Below are positions 9,729-19,225 of a DNA stretch of 64,000 nucleotides, piece after piece (the first letter of the stretch is position 1; every line of letters starts with the position of its first letter). The DNA comes from an uncultured Thermoplasmata archaeon (GTDB lineage: Archaea; Thermoplasmatota; Thermoplasmata; Halarchaeoplasmatales; Halarchaeoplasmataceae). The position numbers and the translations under genes are program-made. The stretch spans positions 12,314-76,313 of the forward strand of contig CAZPCW010000001.1 in assembly GCA_964585175.1 (NCBI GenBank), written 5' to 3'. The notes below the pieces were generated by a model. It saw nothing but the letters and a program-made list of their open reading frames with translations, was not told the origin of the DNA and ran no database searches.

Positions 9729-12131
9729 ATGAGGCCCTTGGGAATCTTCGTTGCCTTGATATTGATCACCTCGATTTTAACAGCAGGAGCCTTACCTAAG
9801 GCTATGGGAAGTGGTGAAGGCGCCCCCAATAGGGTCTATGAAGGAGATATGGAAGAAGAGTTTGAAGAGATAAATGAGTTCGAATCTCCCGGGATTTGGA
9901 GTGATAGACACGGTGTGACCTTTAAAAACTCAACCTCTAGAAATATGTCTACGGACATAGATGCAAGGGGTGATGTCGATATAGGTTGGGAAGATAATAG
10001 AAGGGGTAATTGGAATATATATTATGTTAAACTGGATAATCATGATGGCGAAAAGCTGATCAATGATTATAGAGTGACAGATAATGAGAAAAAATCTGTG
10101 AATCCAAAAATCGTTTCATATTCAGATAACATATACGTAGTTTGGGAAGAATTATCCGATGGCACCTGGGAACTGTATTTTTCCAAATTGCGATATTCGG
10201 ATGAAGAGGTAACGTCAATAATAGAAAGAAAACGTGTAGCCTCGCTGGGAACACCAGGTCCTAAAGAATACACTTTCGTAAGGGGTAGAGATACTAGTTT
10301 TCATCTGATCTATGAAAGAGAGAAAGACGGTAGACAGAATATATTTTACAGGAGAATAAACGGAAGAGGAGAAAACATAATATCTCCATTTCAGATAACT
10401 GAAACTTCAAATCCGTCCTACGATCCCAAACTAAAACTTACCGAGAACGGAGAATTACATCTTCTCTGGTTGGAACCTATAGAAAGGAACAACGGAATAT
10501 TTTACAAAAAGATAGACTACGCTGGAAATACGCACGTCAATAGAAAAAGATTGACAGTTGTAAATAGGTTGGATAGATACGCGTTAGGAAAAGATCGTGA
10601 AGGAAACCTTCATATGGTATTCGATGACGATAGGTATCACGAGTACAAAAGAGACGTAATATATCAAAAACTGAGCTCAGATGGAAAAATCCTTATCGAC
10701 GACTCTGTGATCACTGCTAGAGATGACGATACTAACTCTTTCTTACCCTCGATATGTAAAGGGAGAAAAGGGTTCATGTACGTTTCCTGGAGTGACAGTA
10801 GAGACTATCAGGCATTGGAAGAAGGTAAAAAAAATCTATCTGAAACCCCTCATGATATTTATGTCCAAAAGATAGATTTAAATGGTGAAACGGTGAGACC
10901 AGACAGAAGAGTAACAGGAACTTTTTCATACTCAGCTAACCCGATTTTATTCACTGATAATGAAAATCAACAGCAATTGATTTGGGGGGACTCAAGACGA
11001 GGGGTATTAGATATCTATCATAAAAAGACTGTCAAACCTGATATCACCGTAAATGACTTCGATATTGGGCCTGTCAGCCCCGAGTTTAACTCAACGGTCG
11101 ATGTTACTATTAAATTAGAAAATATAGGTCAGTCTTCGATCGAAACTAATGGTAGATTGTATATAGGAGAGGGTCGAGACGAATTGATAAATGAGTTTAA
11201 TATCTCATTGCCTTCCGAGGCGAAAAAAACAGTTTCATTTAATTTTACCGCAAAAAGAAAAGGTGAACAAAACCTTACTTTCGTAGTTAATGAAGATGAG
11301 GAGATTACGGAAAAAAATTATGATAATAACCTCGCTCACTCTCAGATATTTATCGGTTATTATGAGTTGAGTTTGGATATGATAGATGAATATAAATCTG
11401 TAGATCCAGGAGACGGAACCGAGTTCAGTTACAGCATAACTAACGATGGTAATGTTCCACAAGATGTCGAAATGATCTTTGAGTCCCCTAAGAAGATAGA
11501 AGTCGATCAAGATACTAATAAATCTACCTTGGATAGTGGAGACACTGAAAGATATAACTTTACTGTGAACACAAGTGCGGGTCAGATAGCGGGAGAATAT
11601 GAAATAAAGCTGATAGTCGAGTCTTTAGATAGAGCAGAATTGAACCTCACAGAAAATTTCACTCTCAATGTCAATCCGATCTATGATTTTTCACTTTCTG
11701 CTGAGAAGAAGAGTATCTCTGATCCAGGAAAAATGAACTATACAGTCGATCTATCGGTTACTAACTTGGCTAACACCGATCAAGAGATATTTGTATATGT
11801 ATTAGAGGGAACCAATTACGCGGCCGTAGAAGGAGGTTTGATGACTCTAGGGCCCGACGAAGAGGGAAACGCAGTACTCAATTTAACTAATTATAAATCG
11901 ATAGAGGCTCAAGAACTTGAAATAACAGTGATGGCCGAATCGATGGACAATGGAGTGGATAATGGAAACCTAACTAAAACGGAAACAATAACGATAGAAG
12001 GAGAAGAGCAAAAAAAAGAATCATCTGAGTCCTGGCTCGATATGATCCCATGGTTCTGGATAGGAATAGCTCTTGCTGTAATCTTGGGTATCTTCGTAGC
12101 CCTCAGGATTTATTACACTTACATTTCCTAG
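9729..12131 (+). CDS. Large cell-surface glycoprotein: N-terminal signal/TM, beta-propeller-like repeats, CARDB-like Ig domains and a C-terminal TM anchor
   Basis: N-terminal hydrophobic segment LGIFVALILITSILTAG. Repeated WxxY blades (GNWNIYYVKLD, NIYVVWEELSDGTWELYFSKL, RQNIFYRRINGRGEN, NNGIFYKKIDYAG). CARDB-like block ITVNDFDIGPVSPEFNSTVDVTIKLENIGQ. C-terminal anchor WFWIGIALAVILGIFVALRIYY. There are more than 12 N-x-S/T sequons. Confidence 0.55.
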   Translation: MRPLGIFVALILITSILTAGALPKAMGSGEGAPNRVYEGDMEEEFEEINEFESPGIWSDRHGVTFKNSTSRNMSTDIDARGDVDIGWEDNRRGNWNIYYVKLDNHDGEKLINDYRVTDNEKKSVNPKIVSYSDNIYVVWEELSDGTWELYFSKLRYSDEEVTSIIERKRVASLGTPGPKEYTFVRGRDTSFHLIYEREKDGRQNIFYRRINGRGENIISPFQITETSNPSYDPKLKLTENGELHLLWLEPIERNNGIFYKKIDYAGNTHVNRKRLTVVNRLDRYALGKDREGNLHMVFDDDRYHEYKRDVIYQKLSSDGKILIDDSVITARDDDTNSFLPSICKGRKGFMYVSWSDSRDYQALEEGKKNLSETPHDIYVQKIDLNGETVRPDRRVTGTFSYSANPILFTDNENQQQLIWGDSRRGVLDIYHKKTVKPDITVNDFDIGPVSPEFNSTVDVTIKLENIGQSSIETNGRLYIGEGRDELINEFNISLPSEAKKTVSFNFTAKRKGEQNLTFVVNEDEEITEKNYDNNLAHSQIFIGYYELSLDMIDEYKSVDPGDGTEFSYSITNDGNVPQDVEMIFESPKKIEVDQDTNKSTLDSGDTERYNFTVNTSAGQIAGEYEIKLIVESLDRAELNLTENFTLNVNPIYDFSLSAEKKSISDPGKMNYTVDLSVTNLANTDQEIFVYVLEGTNYAAVEGGLMTLGPDEEGNAVLNLTNYKSIEAQELEITVMAESMDNGVDNGNLTKTETITIEGEEQKKESSESWLDMIPWFWIGIALAVILGIFVALRIYYTYIS

Positions 12132-12248
12132 AAAAAGTCAACTTCTTCATTTTTGATTTTCAAATCCTATTATCAAAACGGATAACAATACTAGAAAAAT
12201 AAAGATGGAATAACCCTGGGAGGGTTGTGGGAAATAATTTCTATTTTT

Positions 12249-12851
12249 CTAAAGGTGCATTATATCTTTGTGGTACACGGAAGGAGTCACTAAAGTCTCT
12301 ATCGTACTTGCTCCATGTTTTGGAGTGAACTGTATATTCATCTCGGACTGTGGACCGAGGTTAAATCCTACTTTAGTGGTGTTGACTGTTACCTGTAGTG
12401 TAGTACCACTAGCGATTAATGGATTATCTTCAGCGTCGAACTCGCCTTCAGGATCCATAAGGGCTTCCGCTGTATAGTTGTGCTCACTAGTTTCCGTTGC
12501 ATTGTATTCTAAAGCTGTTTGATTATTTCCGTCATCGACGTGTATCAATAGGTTTTCAAGATTTTGAGGTGGTGTGCCGGGTCCAACTCCTATATTGAAA
12601 TGTATTTTTCTTAGATCCGTTCCGTTATTGTCTCTAATTCCGAGGATCGACCTTACCTTGATGTAAGTCGAGACCTCGGCCATCGCTTCTTCCGCGGACT
12701 GTTCGGCCTGCTGTTTTAACATCGTCGCTGTTCGGATGAAAACACCTGCTGACACTGCAGACACTAGAACTATCGCTATAAAGATCATCAGGGTTCCCAC
12801 ACCCATCATAGCGTTTTCGTCTTCTTCGGTATTCCTTTTTATACGCCTCAT
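12249..12851 (-). CDS. arlB: Archaellin (ArlB/FlaB family), divergent paralog 1
   Basis: Class III signal peptide plus hydrophobic N-terminus MRRIKRNTEEDENAMMGVGTLMIFIAIVLVSAVSAGVF and the archaellin C-terminal beta-domain ending QFTPKHGASTIETLVTPSVY. Confidence 0.8.
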   Translation of the reverse strand: MRRIKRNTEEDENAMMGVGTLMIFIAIVLVSAVSAGVFIRTATMLKQQAEQSAEEAMAEVSTYIKVRSILGIRDNNGTDLRKIHFNIGVGPGTPPQNLENLLIHVDDGNNQTALEYNATETSEHNYTAEALMDPEGEFDAEDNPLIASGTTLQVTVNTTKVGFNLGPQSEMNIQFTPKHGASTIETLVTPSVYHKDIMHL

Positions 12852-13552
12852 AAATTATCCGCCTCTTAGACACCCGGTCAAGGGCAATTTCGAACAGGCG
12901 CAATCAGTTCCTGTTCTCGTTATGAAATATCATTATCGATATAAATAGTAGTTTCGAAAGTGGTATCATTCTTGATAAAAAACACAAATTATCATCTTTG
13001 AAAATCAATATCGAAGGTAAATGATTCAAGAATCTATTTCATTTTGATTTTTCATCCGGGTCATTATCAATATTGAAAATACAGCAATATGTTTATTTAC
13101 TATGATGTAATAATCATATTTGATAACATGTCCCTAGGATCCCAGGATTCTGTGGATTCTTCGGTCCTGGAATTTGAAAAGTTTCTTGGAATTGGATGGG
13201 AACCTATTTCGGTCAGGATGGAAAGAACGAAGAAAGGACCTAATCACTTGGAACAAACGATAACGATCTCCTGCATTCGAAGGAAACAGGCGGTCGAAGG
13301 CGAAAAGCAGTTCTGTGGGCGGTCTAATCTTCGTTTGGAGTTTTTGATGGAAGATGGAAAAAGTTCTTCCACACAGGATTAAAAACCTCTTTTCTCTTTA
13401 TTTTTGTGCCTTATTTGTTTCATGAAAATCATTTTTGATTTTAAGTAGTGAAAATGTTATTTAGATAGAAAGTATCTTTTCTATCTTAAAGATATAAAAT
13501 ACTAATAGTATTAAAAATAATAAGAAAATCAGTAAGATACAAATACCACTTT

Positions 13553-14047
13553 TTGTCTTATGTAATATTGATGTCAAAGAAAAACATCAAGGTGAGCGAA
13601 GTAGTTTATGATAGACTTGTAGCTGAAAAAGAGGGAAATGAGAGTTTTGACGACACTTTGAGAAGGATACTGGAACTTTCCCCGGACATCCAGGATTTAG
13701 CGGCATATTATCCGGATGAGATGAGAGATATGTCGAAGGAGATAGTAGATTTTATTTTCCAGATGGATGATTTCAAAAGGAACGTGAATAGGGGAAGTGA
13801 ATGTGATACGTTAAAATTCATACCGGAAGATTCCGACTTGGCTGTCGCCCAGATACAGTTTTGGGAGGACAGTTTGAAGATAATGTACAGGAACAAGAAC
13901 GGAGATATGGATTGGATAACTTCTCTCGTTGTAGGGAACGATAAAGATACGAATTTCGGTTACGATCTCGATGGTGAATTCGACGAGTTAAAGGAGGAAA
14001 TCAAAAGAAAAATAAAAGGTGCAATAAGAAAATGGGCCGGTTCATGA
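13553..14047 (+). CDS. Hypothetical protein with an N-terminal CopG/RHH antitoxin-like domain (COG1753-like)
   Basis: KNIKVSEVVYDRLVAEKEGNESFDDTLRRILE resembles the small archaeal antitoxin-like family (motif KtItVsdEvYekL...g.eSFSdvI.rLLe). The likely start is the internal Met at 13571. A further 110 aa downstream are acidic and of unknown function. The gene sits inside the archaellin array on the opposite strand. Confidence 0.35.
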   Translation: MSYVILMSKKNIKVSEVVYDRLVAEKEGNESFDDTLRRILELSPDIQDLAAYYPDEMRDMSKEIVDFIFQMDDFKRNVNRGSECDTLKFIPEDSDLAVAQIQFWEDSLKIMYRNKNGDMDWITSLVVGNDKDTNFGYDLDGEFDELKEEIKRKIKGAIRKWAGS

Positions 14048-14053
14048 TAAAAA

Positions 14054-14108
14054 GAGAGGTAAAATCCCCGGGCCTAGGGACATGTTTTATCACCGGGGTT
14101 TACCTCTC
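14054..14108 (+). terminator. GC-rich extended hairpin immediately 3' of the 13553..14047 ORF
   Basis: GAGAGGTAAAATCCCCGGG-(20 nt loop containing CCTAGG)-CCGGGGTTTACCTCTC. It is a 10-bp perfect outer stem plus a 6-bp inner stem, in an otherwise AT-rich intergenic region. Confidence 0.4.
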
Positions 14109-14313
14109 CCATTCATTATGAATACAATCAGGGACCGGTGAGTTATAGGGACGTATTGTTTATCTAGATTGAAGTTTATAAAGCTTTGATGATTATTATC
14201 AGTTTGAATAATTTGGTAAAAGTTATTGGATTGTTCTTTATAGAAAATTAGTGATTCAGAAGAGAATAAAAAAGCAAAAATAGAGAAAGTAGAAAGGGTT
14301 TTTAATCTCAGCT

Positions 14314-14936
14314 TTATAGATCTACCATCCGCTCAGTTATAACAGGCGGTGTGACTACTTCTTCATAGGTCGGCGTGCCGTGTTTTGGTATGATCCTTAT
14401 GTTGAGCGGTTCCTGTGTTCCTACTGATCCATCTATCGCATTGTCTAGATTGACGGTGATATTGTACAAGTCCCCAGATTCTACGTACTGGTCCTCACTA
14501 CCATCCTGCTCTTTGATAACTTCCCAATCATAGTGTGTGTTTGTGTTCACTGGACTGGTAGCAGAGCCATCAGTACCATCGGGTCCCTGTAGGTTTACTT
14601 CCTGAGTGTTGTTCTGCACTTCGATTACAGTTTGATTGAGGTCCTGCCCTGTGGCTCCGGCTGCTAAACTCACCTTCAGATATATCGCATCTATTTCACC
14701 ATCAGCGGTGCCAGTGGCGGCATCCAAATCTTGACCGTAAATCTCCTGCACCTTGAAAGAGCTGGACACTTCTCTGATCGCTTCGTCACCTGTCCTCTCA
14801 GCCTGCTACTGCAGCTGATTAGCGGTATCGATGAGTACACTCGCGGCTACAGCCGCCACTAAGACCATCGCTATGAACACTATGAGCGTGCCTACGCCCA
14901 TCGCACCTTTGTCGTCTTCTCTCTTTATCCGCTCAT
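14314..14936 (-). pseudogene. arlB: Archaellin (arlB) pseudogene with an in-frame TAG nonsense codon and a start-proximal frameshift
   Basis: Homologous along its whole length to the neighbouring archaellins. It keeps the promoter, the SD (GGAGG) and an ATG at 14934-14936, but a 1-nt deletion near codons 2-6 puts the ATG out of frame (ATG AGC GGA TAA). Where the intact paralogs have CAG in [10 protein letters not shown], this copy has TAG at 14806-14808 (minus strand). The ORF track recovers only the 151-aa distal fragment 14314..14769. Confidence 0.7.
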
Positions 14937-15116
14937 ATTTGGTATTTTCCTCCTATTCGAATACAGCATGATAATCATCACTGTTTCTCAATATATAATT
15001 AAAGAATTAATTATACTGATCCATATTCAACAGCGATAATCCAAGGTGATAAAACTTAGACACATTTCTATGATCTAAGAAATTTATTATTTGAGCTTAG
15101 AAAAGACAAAAATAGA

Positions 15117-15145
15117 AAAAAGTAGAAAGGGTTTTTATTTCATTT
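15117..15145 (-). terminator. Conserved archaellin 3' element AAAAACCCTTTCTAC followed by a T-tract (transcript sense)
   Basis: The plus-strand motif AGTAGAAAGGGTTTTT recurs within 30 nt after the stop of six archaellin copies (about 14288, 15121, 15917, 16688, 17523, 18306). Oligo-U tracts follow on the mRNA. Confidence 0.5.
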
Positions 15146-15760
15146 TTACAGATCTACTAAGGTGCTTGTTATCGTTGGCGGAGTGACTACCTGCTCGTAA
15201 GTCGGCGTGCCGTGCTTCGGTATTATGTTTATATCGAGTTGTTCTTGTGTTCCTATTGTTCCACCCAGATCATTTTGTAGATTGATAGTGATCTTGTAAA
15301 GATCACCACTTTCGACATACTGGTCTTTATCGCCGTCCTGTTCTTTGACAACTGACCAGTCATAGTGGATTTCGTCAAGATTCTCACTAGCGGCTCCATT
15401 TCCGTTTCCATCGGCTCCTTGTAAATTGACTTCTGCACTCTTATTCTGTAACTGCACTATCGTCTGATTGAGATCTTGTCCGGTCGCACCAGCTGCTAGT
15501 CCTATTTTCAAAGTTATATTCTGGATTTCGTTTGCATCAGTAGATTCATTCGTTTCTCCAAAAACATCCTGTACCTGGAACGAGCTGGACACTTCTCTGA
15601 TCGCTTCGTCACCTGTTCTCTCTGCCTGCTGCTGTAGCTGGTTCGCGGTATCGATGAGTACACTTGCCGCAACAGCGGCCACCAAGACCATCGCTATGAA
15701 CACTATGAGCGTGCCTACGCCCATCGCACCTTTGTCGTCTTCTCTTTTTATCCTTCGCAT
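15146..15760 (-). CDS. arlB: Archaellin (ArlB/FlaB), major-type paralog
   Basis: [57 protein letters not shown] is a class III signal peptide (KGA|MGVGTL) followed by the conserved hydrophobic helix. The C-terminus is [27 protein letters not shown]. An AGGAGA SD lies 8 nt upstream. Confidence 0.85.
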   Translation of the reverse strand: MRRIKREDDKGAMGVGTLIVFIAMVLVAAVAASVLIDTANQLQQQAERTGDEAIREVSSSFQVQDVFGETNESTDANEIQNITLKIGLAAGATGQDLNQTIVQLQNKSAEVNLQGADGNGNGAASENLDEIHYDWSVVKEQDGDKDQYVESGDLYKITINLQNDLGGTIGTQEQLDINIIPKHGTPTYEQVVTPPTITSTLVDL

Positions 15761-15786
15761 AGTTATTATCTCCTTTCGGATACAGC

Positions 15787-15818
15787 ATGATAATCATCTC
15801 TTTTTATCATTATATAAT
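15787..15818 (-). promoter_or_regulatory. Archaellin promoter/leader: TATA box ATTATATAAT (15809-15818), palindrome ATGATAATCAT (15787-15797), SD AGGAGA (15769-15774)
   Basis: The same arrangement is conserved upstream of the copies starting at 14936, 16531 and 17308, with the palindrome at 14968-14978, 16558-16568 and 17334-17344. A variant TCGATAATCAC sits at 18163-18175. Confidence 0.6.
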
Positions 15819-15940
15819 TTGATAAACAATTATGCTGACTCATATTCAATAGTGATAATCCGAGATGATAAAACACAGATAAACATCTACAATATAAAAA
15901 TCTAAAATAGAAAAAAGTAGAAAGGGTTTTTAGTTCATTT

Positions 15941-16531
15941 CTACAGATCAACTAGCTCGGTGGTTATCGTTGGCGGAGTGACTACCTCTTCGTAGGTAGG
16001 TGTTCCGTGTTTTGGTATTATATTTATGTCTAGATCCGCTTGGGTTCCTAATTGGCCTACCGTGTTTTCAAGATCGATAGTTATATTATAGAGATCGCCG
16101 GATTCTACGTACTGGTCTGAACTACCTTCTTGTTCTATGATCGAACTCCAAGAATAGTTATTTGAACCCGGACCTTCTCCCTCTGCACCTGCAGCAACTA
16201 AGTTTTGTTCACTCGTGTTAGTTTGTATTTGAATAACGGTTTGATTGAGGTCCTGTCCCGTAGCTCCTGCTGCTAAACCAACCTTCAATGTCAGTTCATT
16301 GAGTTCACCACTGTCAGAAGTATCCCTACCGAACACGTCCTGCACCTGGAACGAGCTGGATACTTCCCTGATCGCTTCGTCACCTGTTCTCTCTGCCTGC
16401 TGCTGTAGCTGGTTCGCAGTATCGATAAGTACACTTGCCGCAACAGCGGCCACTAAGACCATCGCTATGAACACTATGAGCGTGCCTACGCCCATCGCAC
16501 CTTTGTCGTCTTCTCTCTTTATCCTTCGCAT
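15941..16531 (-). CDS. arlB: Archaellin (ArlB/FlaB), major-type paralog
   Basis: The first 70 codons and the upstream 170 bp are nucleotide-identical to the 15146..15760 copy. The central variable domain differs. Confidence 0.85.
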   Translation of the reverse strand: MRRIKREDDKGAMGVGTLIVFIAMVLVAAVAASVLIDTANQLQQQAERTGDEAIREVSSSFQVQDVFGRDTSDSGELNELTLKVGLAAGATGQDLNQTVIQIQTNTSEQNLVAAGAEGEGPGSNNYSWSSIIEQEGSSDQYVESGDLYNITIDLENTVGQLGTQADLDINIIPKHGTPTYEEVVTPPTITTELVDL

Positions 16532-16711
16532 AGTTATTATCTCCTTTCGGATACAGCATGATAATCATCTCTTTTTATCATTATATAATTTGATAAACAA
16601 TTATGCTGACTCATATTCAATAGTGATAATCCGAGATGATAAAACACAGATAAACATCTACAATATAAAAATCTAAAATAGAAAAAAGTAGAAAGGGTTT
16701 TTAGTTCATCT

Positions 16712-17308
16712 CTACAGATCTACTAGCTCGGTGGTTATCGTGGGCGGCGTGACAACTTCTTCGTAGGTCGGTGTTCCGTGTTTCGGTATTATGTTGATGT
16801 CTAAGTCTGCCTGAGTACCTATCGAGTCTATATCAGTTGCACTAAGATCGACCGTTATATTATAGAGATCGCCGGATTCTACGTACTGGTCTGAACTACC
16901 TTCCTGTTCTATAATAGATGTCCATGCATAGTTATTTCCGATAGGATCAGCTCCTTCAGATGTGGCAGCCACCAGATTCACTTCACTTTCATTACTCTGG
17001 ATCTGAATTATGGTTTGATTCAGATCCTGTCCAGTTGCTCCAGCTGCTAGACCTACCTTCAAAGTTATCCTATCAATTTTATGATCACTCGCATCTAAAT
17101 TTCTACCGAACACGTCCTGCACCTTGAAAGAGCTGGACACTTCTCTGATCGCTTCGTCACCTGTTCTCTCTGCCTGCTGCTGTAGCTGGTTCGCGGTATC
17201 GATGAGTACACTTGCCGCAACAGCGGCCACCAAGACCATCGCTATGAACACTATGAGCGTGCCTACGCCCATCGCACCTTTGTCGTCTTCTCTTTTTATC
17301 CGTCTCAT
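16712..17308 (-). CDS. arlB: Archaellin (ArlB/FlaB), major-type paralog
   Basis: Same conserved N-terminus and C-terminus as the neighbouring copies, with a variable central domain containing N-x-S/T sequons. Confidence 0.85.
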   Translation of the reverse strand: MRRIKREDDKGAMGVGTLIVFIAMVLVAAVAASVLIDTANQLQQQAERTGDEAIREVSSSFKVQDVFGRNLDASDHKIDRITLKVGLAAGATGQDLNQTIIQIQSNESEVNLVAATSEGADPIGNNYAWTSIIEQEGSSDQYVESGDLYNITVDLSATDIDSIGTQADLDINIIPKHGTPTYEEVVTPPTITTELVDL

Positions 17309-17545
17309 ATTTTATCTCCTTTCGAATACAGCATGATAATCATCTCTGTTTTTCACTATATAATTTAATAAACAGTTATATCGGAAGGTATTCAATTTTG
17401 ATAATCTTCTTCTATAAAACGACCTTACTTATTCAGAGTGGTCTACCTTTAAAATCAGAATTGGGTTTTTATGATTATTCAAGAAGTCAGGAGATCTAAA
17501 AAGATCTAAAATAAAGTAATTAAAAGAAAGGTTTTTTAAATTAGC

Positions 17546-18136
17546 TTAGAGATCGACTATTTCACTAGTTACCGTAGGAGGTACAACTACTTCTTCATAT
17601 GTAGGTGTCCCGTGTTTCGGTATTATGTTTATATCTAGATTAGCCTGTGTTCCTAAAGATCCTACCGTGTTTTCAAGATCGATGGTTATATTGTAGAGAT
17701 CGCCGGATTCTACGTACTGGTCTGAACTACCTTCTTGTTCTATGATCGAACTCCAGGAATAGTTATTGGATCCCGGACCTTCACCTTCTGCGCCGGCAGC
17801 AACTAAGTTTTCTTCGGTAGTGTTACTCTGAACTTGAATAACAGTCTGGTTAAGATCCTGTCCAGTTGCTCCAGATGAAAGGGCAACTTTTAGGGTTGCT
17901 CTTTCTATTTCATTATCATCATCGATGTTTCTGCCAAATGCATCCTGTATTTTGAACGAGCTAGACACTTCACGTATCGCTTCGTCACCTGTTCTCTCAG
18001 CCTGTTGTTGTAACTGGTTAGCGGTATCGATGAGTACACTTGCGGCTACTGCAGCCACTAAGACCATCGCTATGAACACGATGAGTGTTCCGACGCCCAT
18101 CGCGCCTTTGTCGTCTTCTCTTTTTATTCTTCTCAT
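17546..18136 (-). CDS. arlB: Archaellin (ArlB/FlaB), major-type paralog
   Basis: The ORF-track start at 18187 is over-extended. The true start is the Met of [11 protein letters not shown] at 18134-18136, which has an AGGAGA SD 8 nt upstream like its siblings. Confidence 0.8.
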   Translation of the reverse strand: MRRIKREDDKGAMGVGTLIVFIAMVLVAAVAASVLIDTANQLQQQAERTGDEAIREVSSSFKIQDAFGRNIDDDNEIERATLKVALSSGATGQDLNQTVIQVQSNTTEENLVAAGAEGEGPGSNNYSWSSIIEQEGSSDQYVESGDLYNITIDLENTVGSLGTQANLDINIIPKHGTPTYEEVVVPPTVTSEIVDL

Positions 18137-18330
18137 GGTTATTATCTCCTTTCGGATACAGCATCGATAATCACCTTCCTTATTCATTATATATATTCGC
18201 TAGTGATTATCTCTCAGCGTAAATCAATCTTGATAACGGGAGTTGATAGTCTATGAAAACGAAGATTACTCTTATATATTGAAGAAGCCTGTAAAAAAGA
18301 TATAAAAAGAAAGGGTTTTTTTTCGGTTAT

Positions 18331-18933
18331 TCACAGATCCACAATCTTTGTGGTTAAAGTAGGCGGCGCCACTAGCTCTTCATATGTGGATGTTCCATGC
18401 TTTGGTATGATCTGTAAATCTACTTCGGACTGTGTTGTCAGGTTGTCTATACTATCTATTTCTGTCAGATTTATACTGAGTGCATATAGATCACCTGGTT
18501 CAACAAATGAATTTGTGTTATCACTTTCTTGTGTTATTATTGGTTCCCAGTAGTAATGAGTTGCGTTTGCTTCTGGATTTTCTGCTGCACCTTGAAGATT
18601 TGTTTCACCGCTAGCAGTCATGATCTGAATCACTGTTTGGTTCAAGTCCTGAGACGTAGCACCAGCCGCTAGTCCGATTTTCATCGTTACATTGACTATC
18701 ACTCTTTCTCCATCCGACATATCTGTTTCACCGAATGTGTCCTGCACTTGGAAAGAGCTGGATACTTCCCTGATCGCTTCGTCACCTGTTCTCTCTGCCT
18801 GCTGCTGTAGTTTGTTCGCGGTATCTATAAGTACACTGGCTGCCACTGCTGATACTAGTACCATGGCTATGAATATGATGAGCGTGCCTACGCCCATCGC
18901 GCCTTTGTCGTCTTCTCTTTTTATCCTTCTCAT
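18331..18933 (-). CDS. arlB: Archaellin (ArlB/FlaB) paralog
   Basis: [57 protein letters not shown]; the central domain is more diverged. Confidence 0.8.
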   Translation of the reverse strand: MRRIKREDDKGAMGVGTLIIFIAMVLVSAVAASVLIDTANKLQQQAERTGDEAIREVSSSFQVQDTFGETDMSDGERVIVNVTMKIGLAAGATSQDLNQTVIQIMTASGETNLQGAAENPEANATHYYWEPIITQESDNTNSFVEPGDLYALSINLTEIDSIDNLTTQSEVDLQIIPKHGTSTYEELVAPPTLTTKIVDL

Positions 18934-19225
18934 AGTTACTATCTCCTTTCGGATACTCTAGTTTAATCACCTTCCTAATTGATTATATAAATTCGGAACC
19001 AATTATCCTTTAAGTTTTCAAATATCAATTATATAAGGAGGTTATAACGATAAAGAATCACGCGCGTTTACAAACTATGTTTATTAAGCTAAAAAGTCAA
19101 TTGTAATTATCAAGCACAATAACATCGAGTAAACGCTTATATCTGATAAGAATATTAATTTAATAGTCTTAGCAGGCCTATTACAGATTACAACCCTTTT
19201 TTCCCTGAAGGCTATTATCTAGAGA

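Noticed and set aside
12634-12948. ORFs 12634..12903 (-) and 12736..12948 (+) overlapping the 5' end of archaellin paralog 1
   Set aside because: They are basic, Arg-rich out-of-frame translations overlapping a well-supported archaellin gene and its promoter. There are no supporting motifs.
14054-14108. GC hairpin as a MITE or IS terminal inverted repeat
   Set aside because: The arms are separated by only 20 nt. There is no internal cargo and no flanking target-site duplication. It is kept only as a hairpin or possible repeated-element candidate pending a genome-wide copy search.
14806-14808. In-frame TAG in the archaellin copy as a possible recoded (pyrrolysine or readthrough) codon
   Set aside because: The same gene also has a start-proximal frameshift. 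All other genes terminate normally, including with TAG. No Pyl machinery context is visible. A pseudogene is the simpler reading.
15468-16676. Near-identical 143-145 aa plus-strand ORFs (15468..15905 and 16245..16676) and the small minus-strand ORFs 15609..15797 and 16380..16568 overlapping the archaellin genes
   Set aside because: They are antisense or out-of-frame shadows of the archaellin coding sequence. Their apparent conservation is just the duplicated archaellin DNA. Their composition (Cys, Ser and Arg-rich) is unlike the acidic proteome.
17546-18187. 17-codon N-terminal extension ([17 protein letters not shown]) on the archaellin at 17546..18187
   Set aside because: The upstream ATG lies within the conserved leader and SD region. 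All siblings start at MRRIKRE with AGGAGA 8 nt upstream, and this copy has the same. The extension is an ORF-calling artefact.
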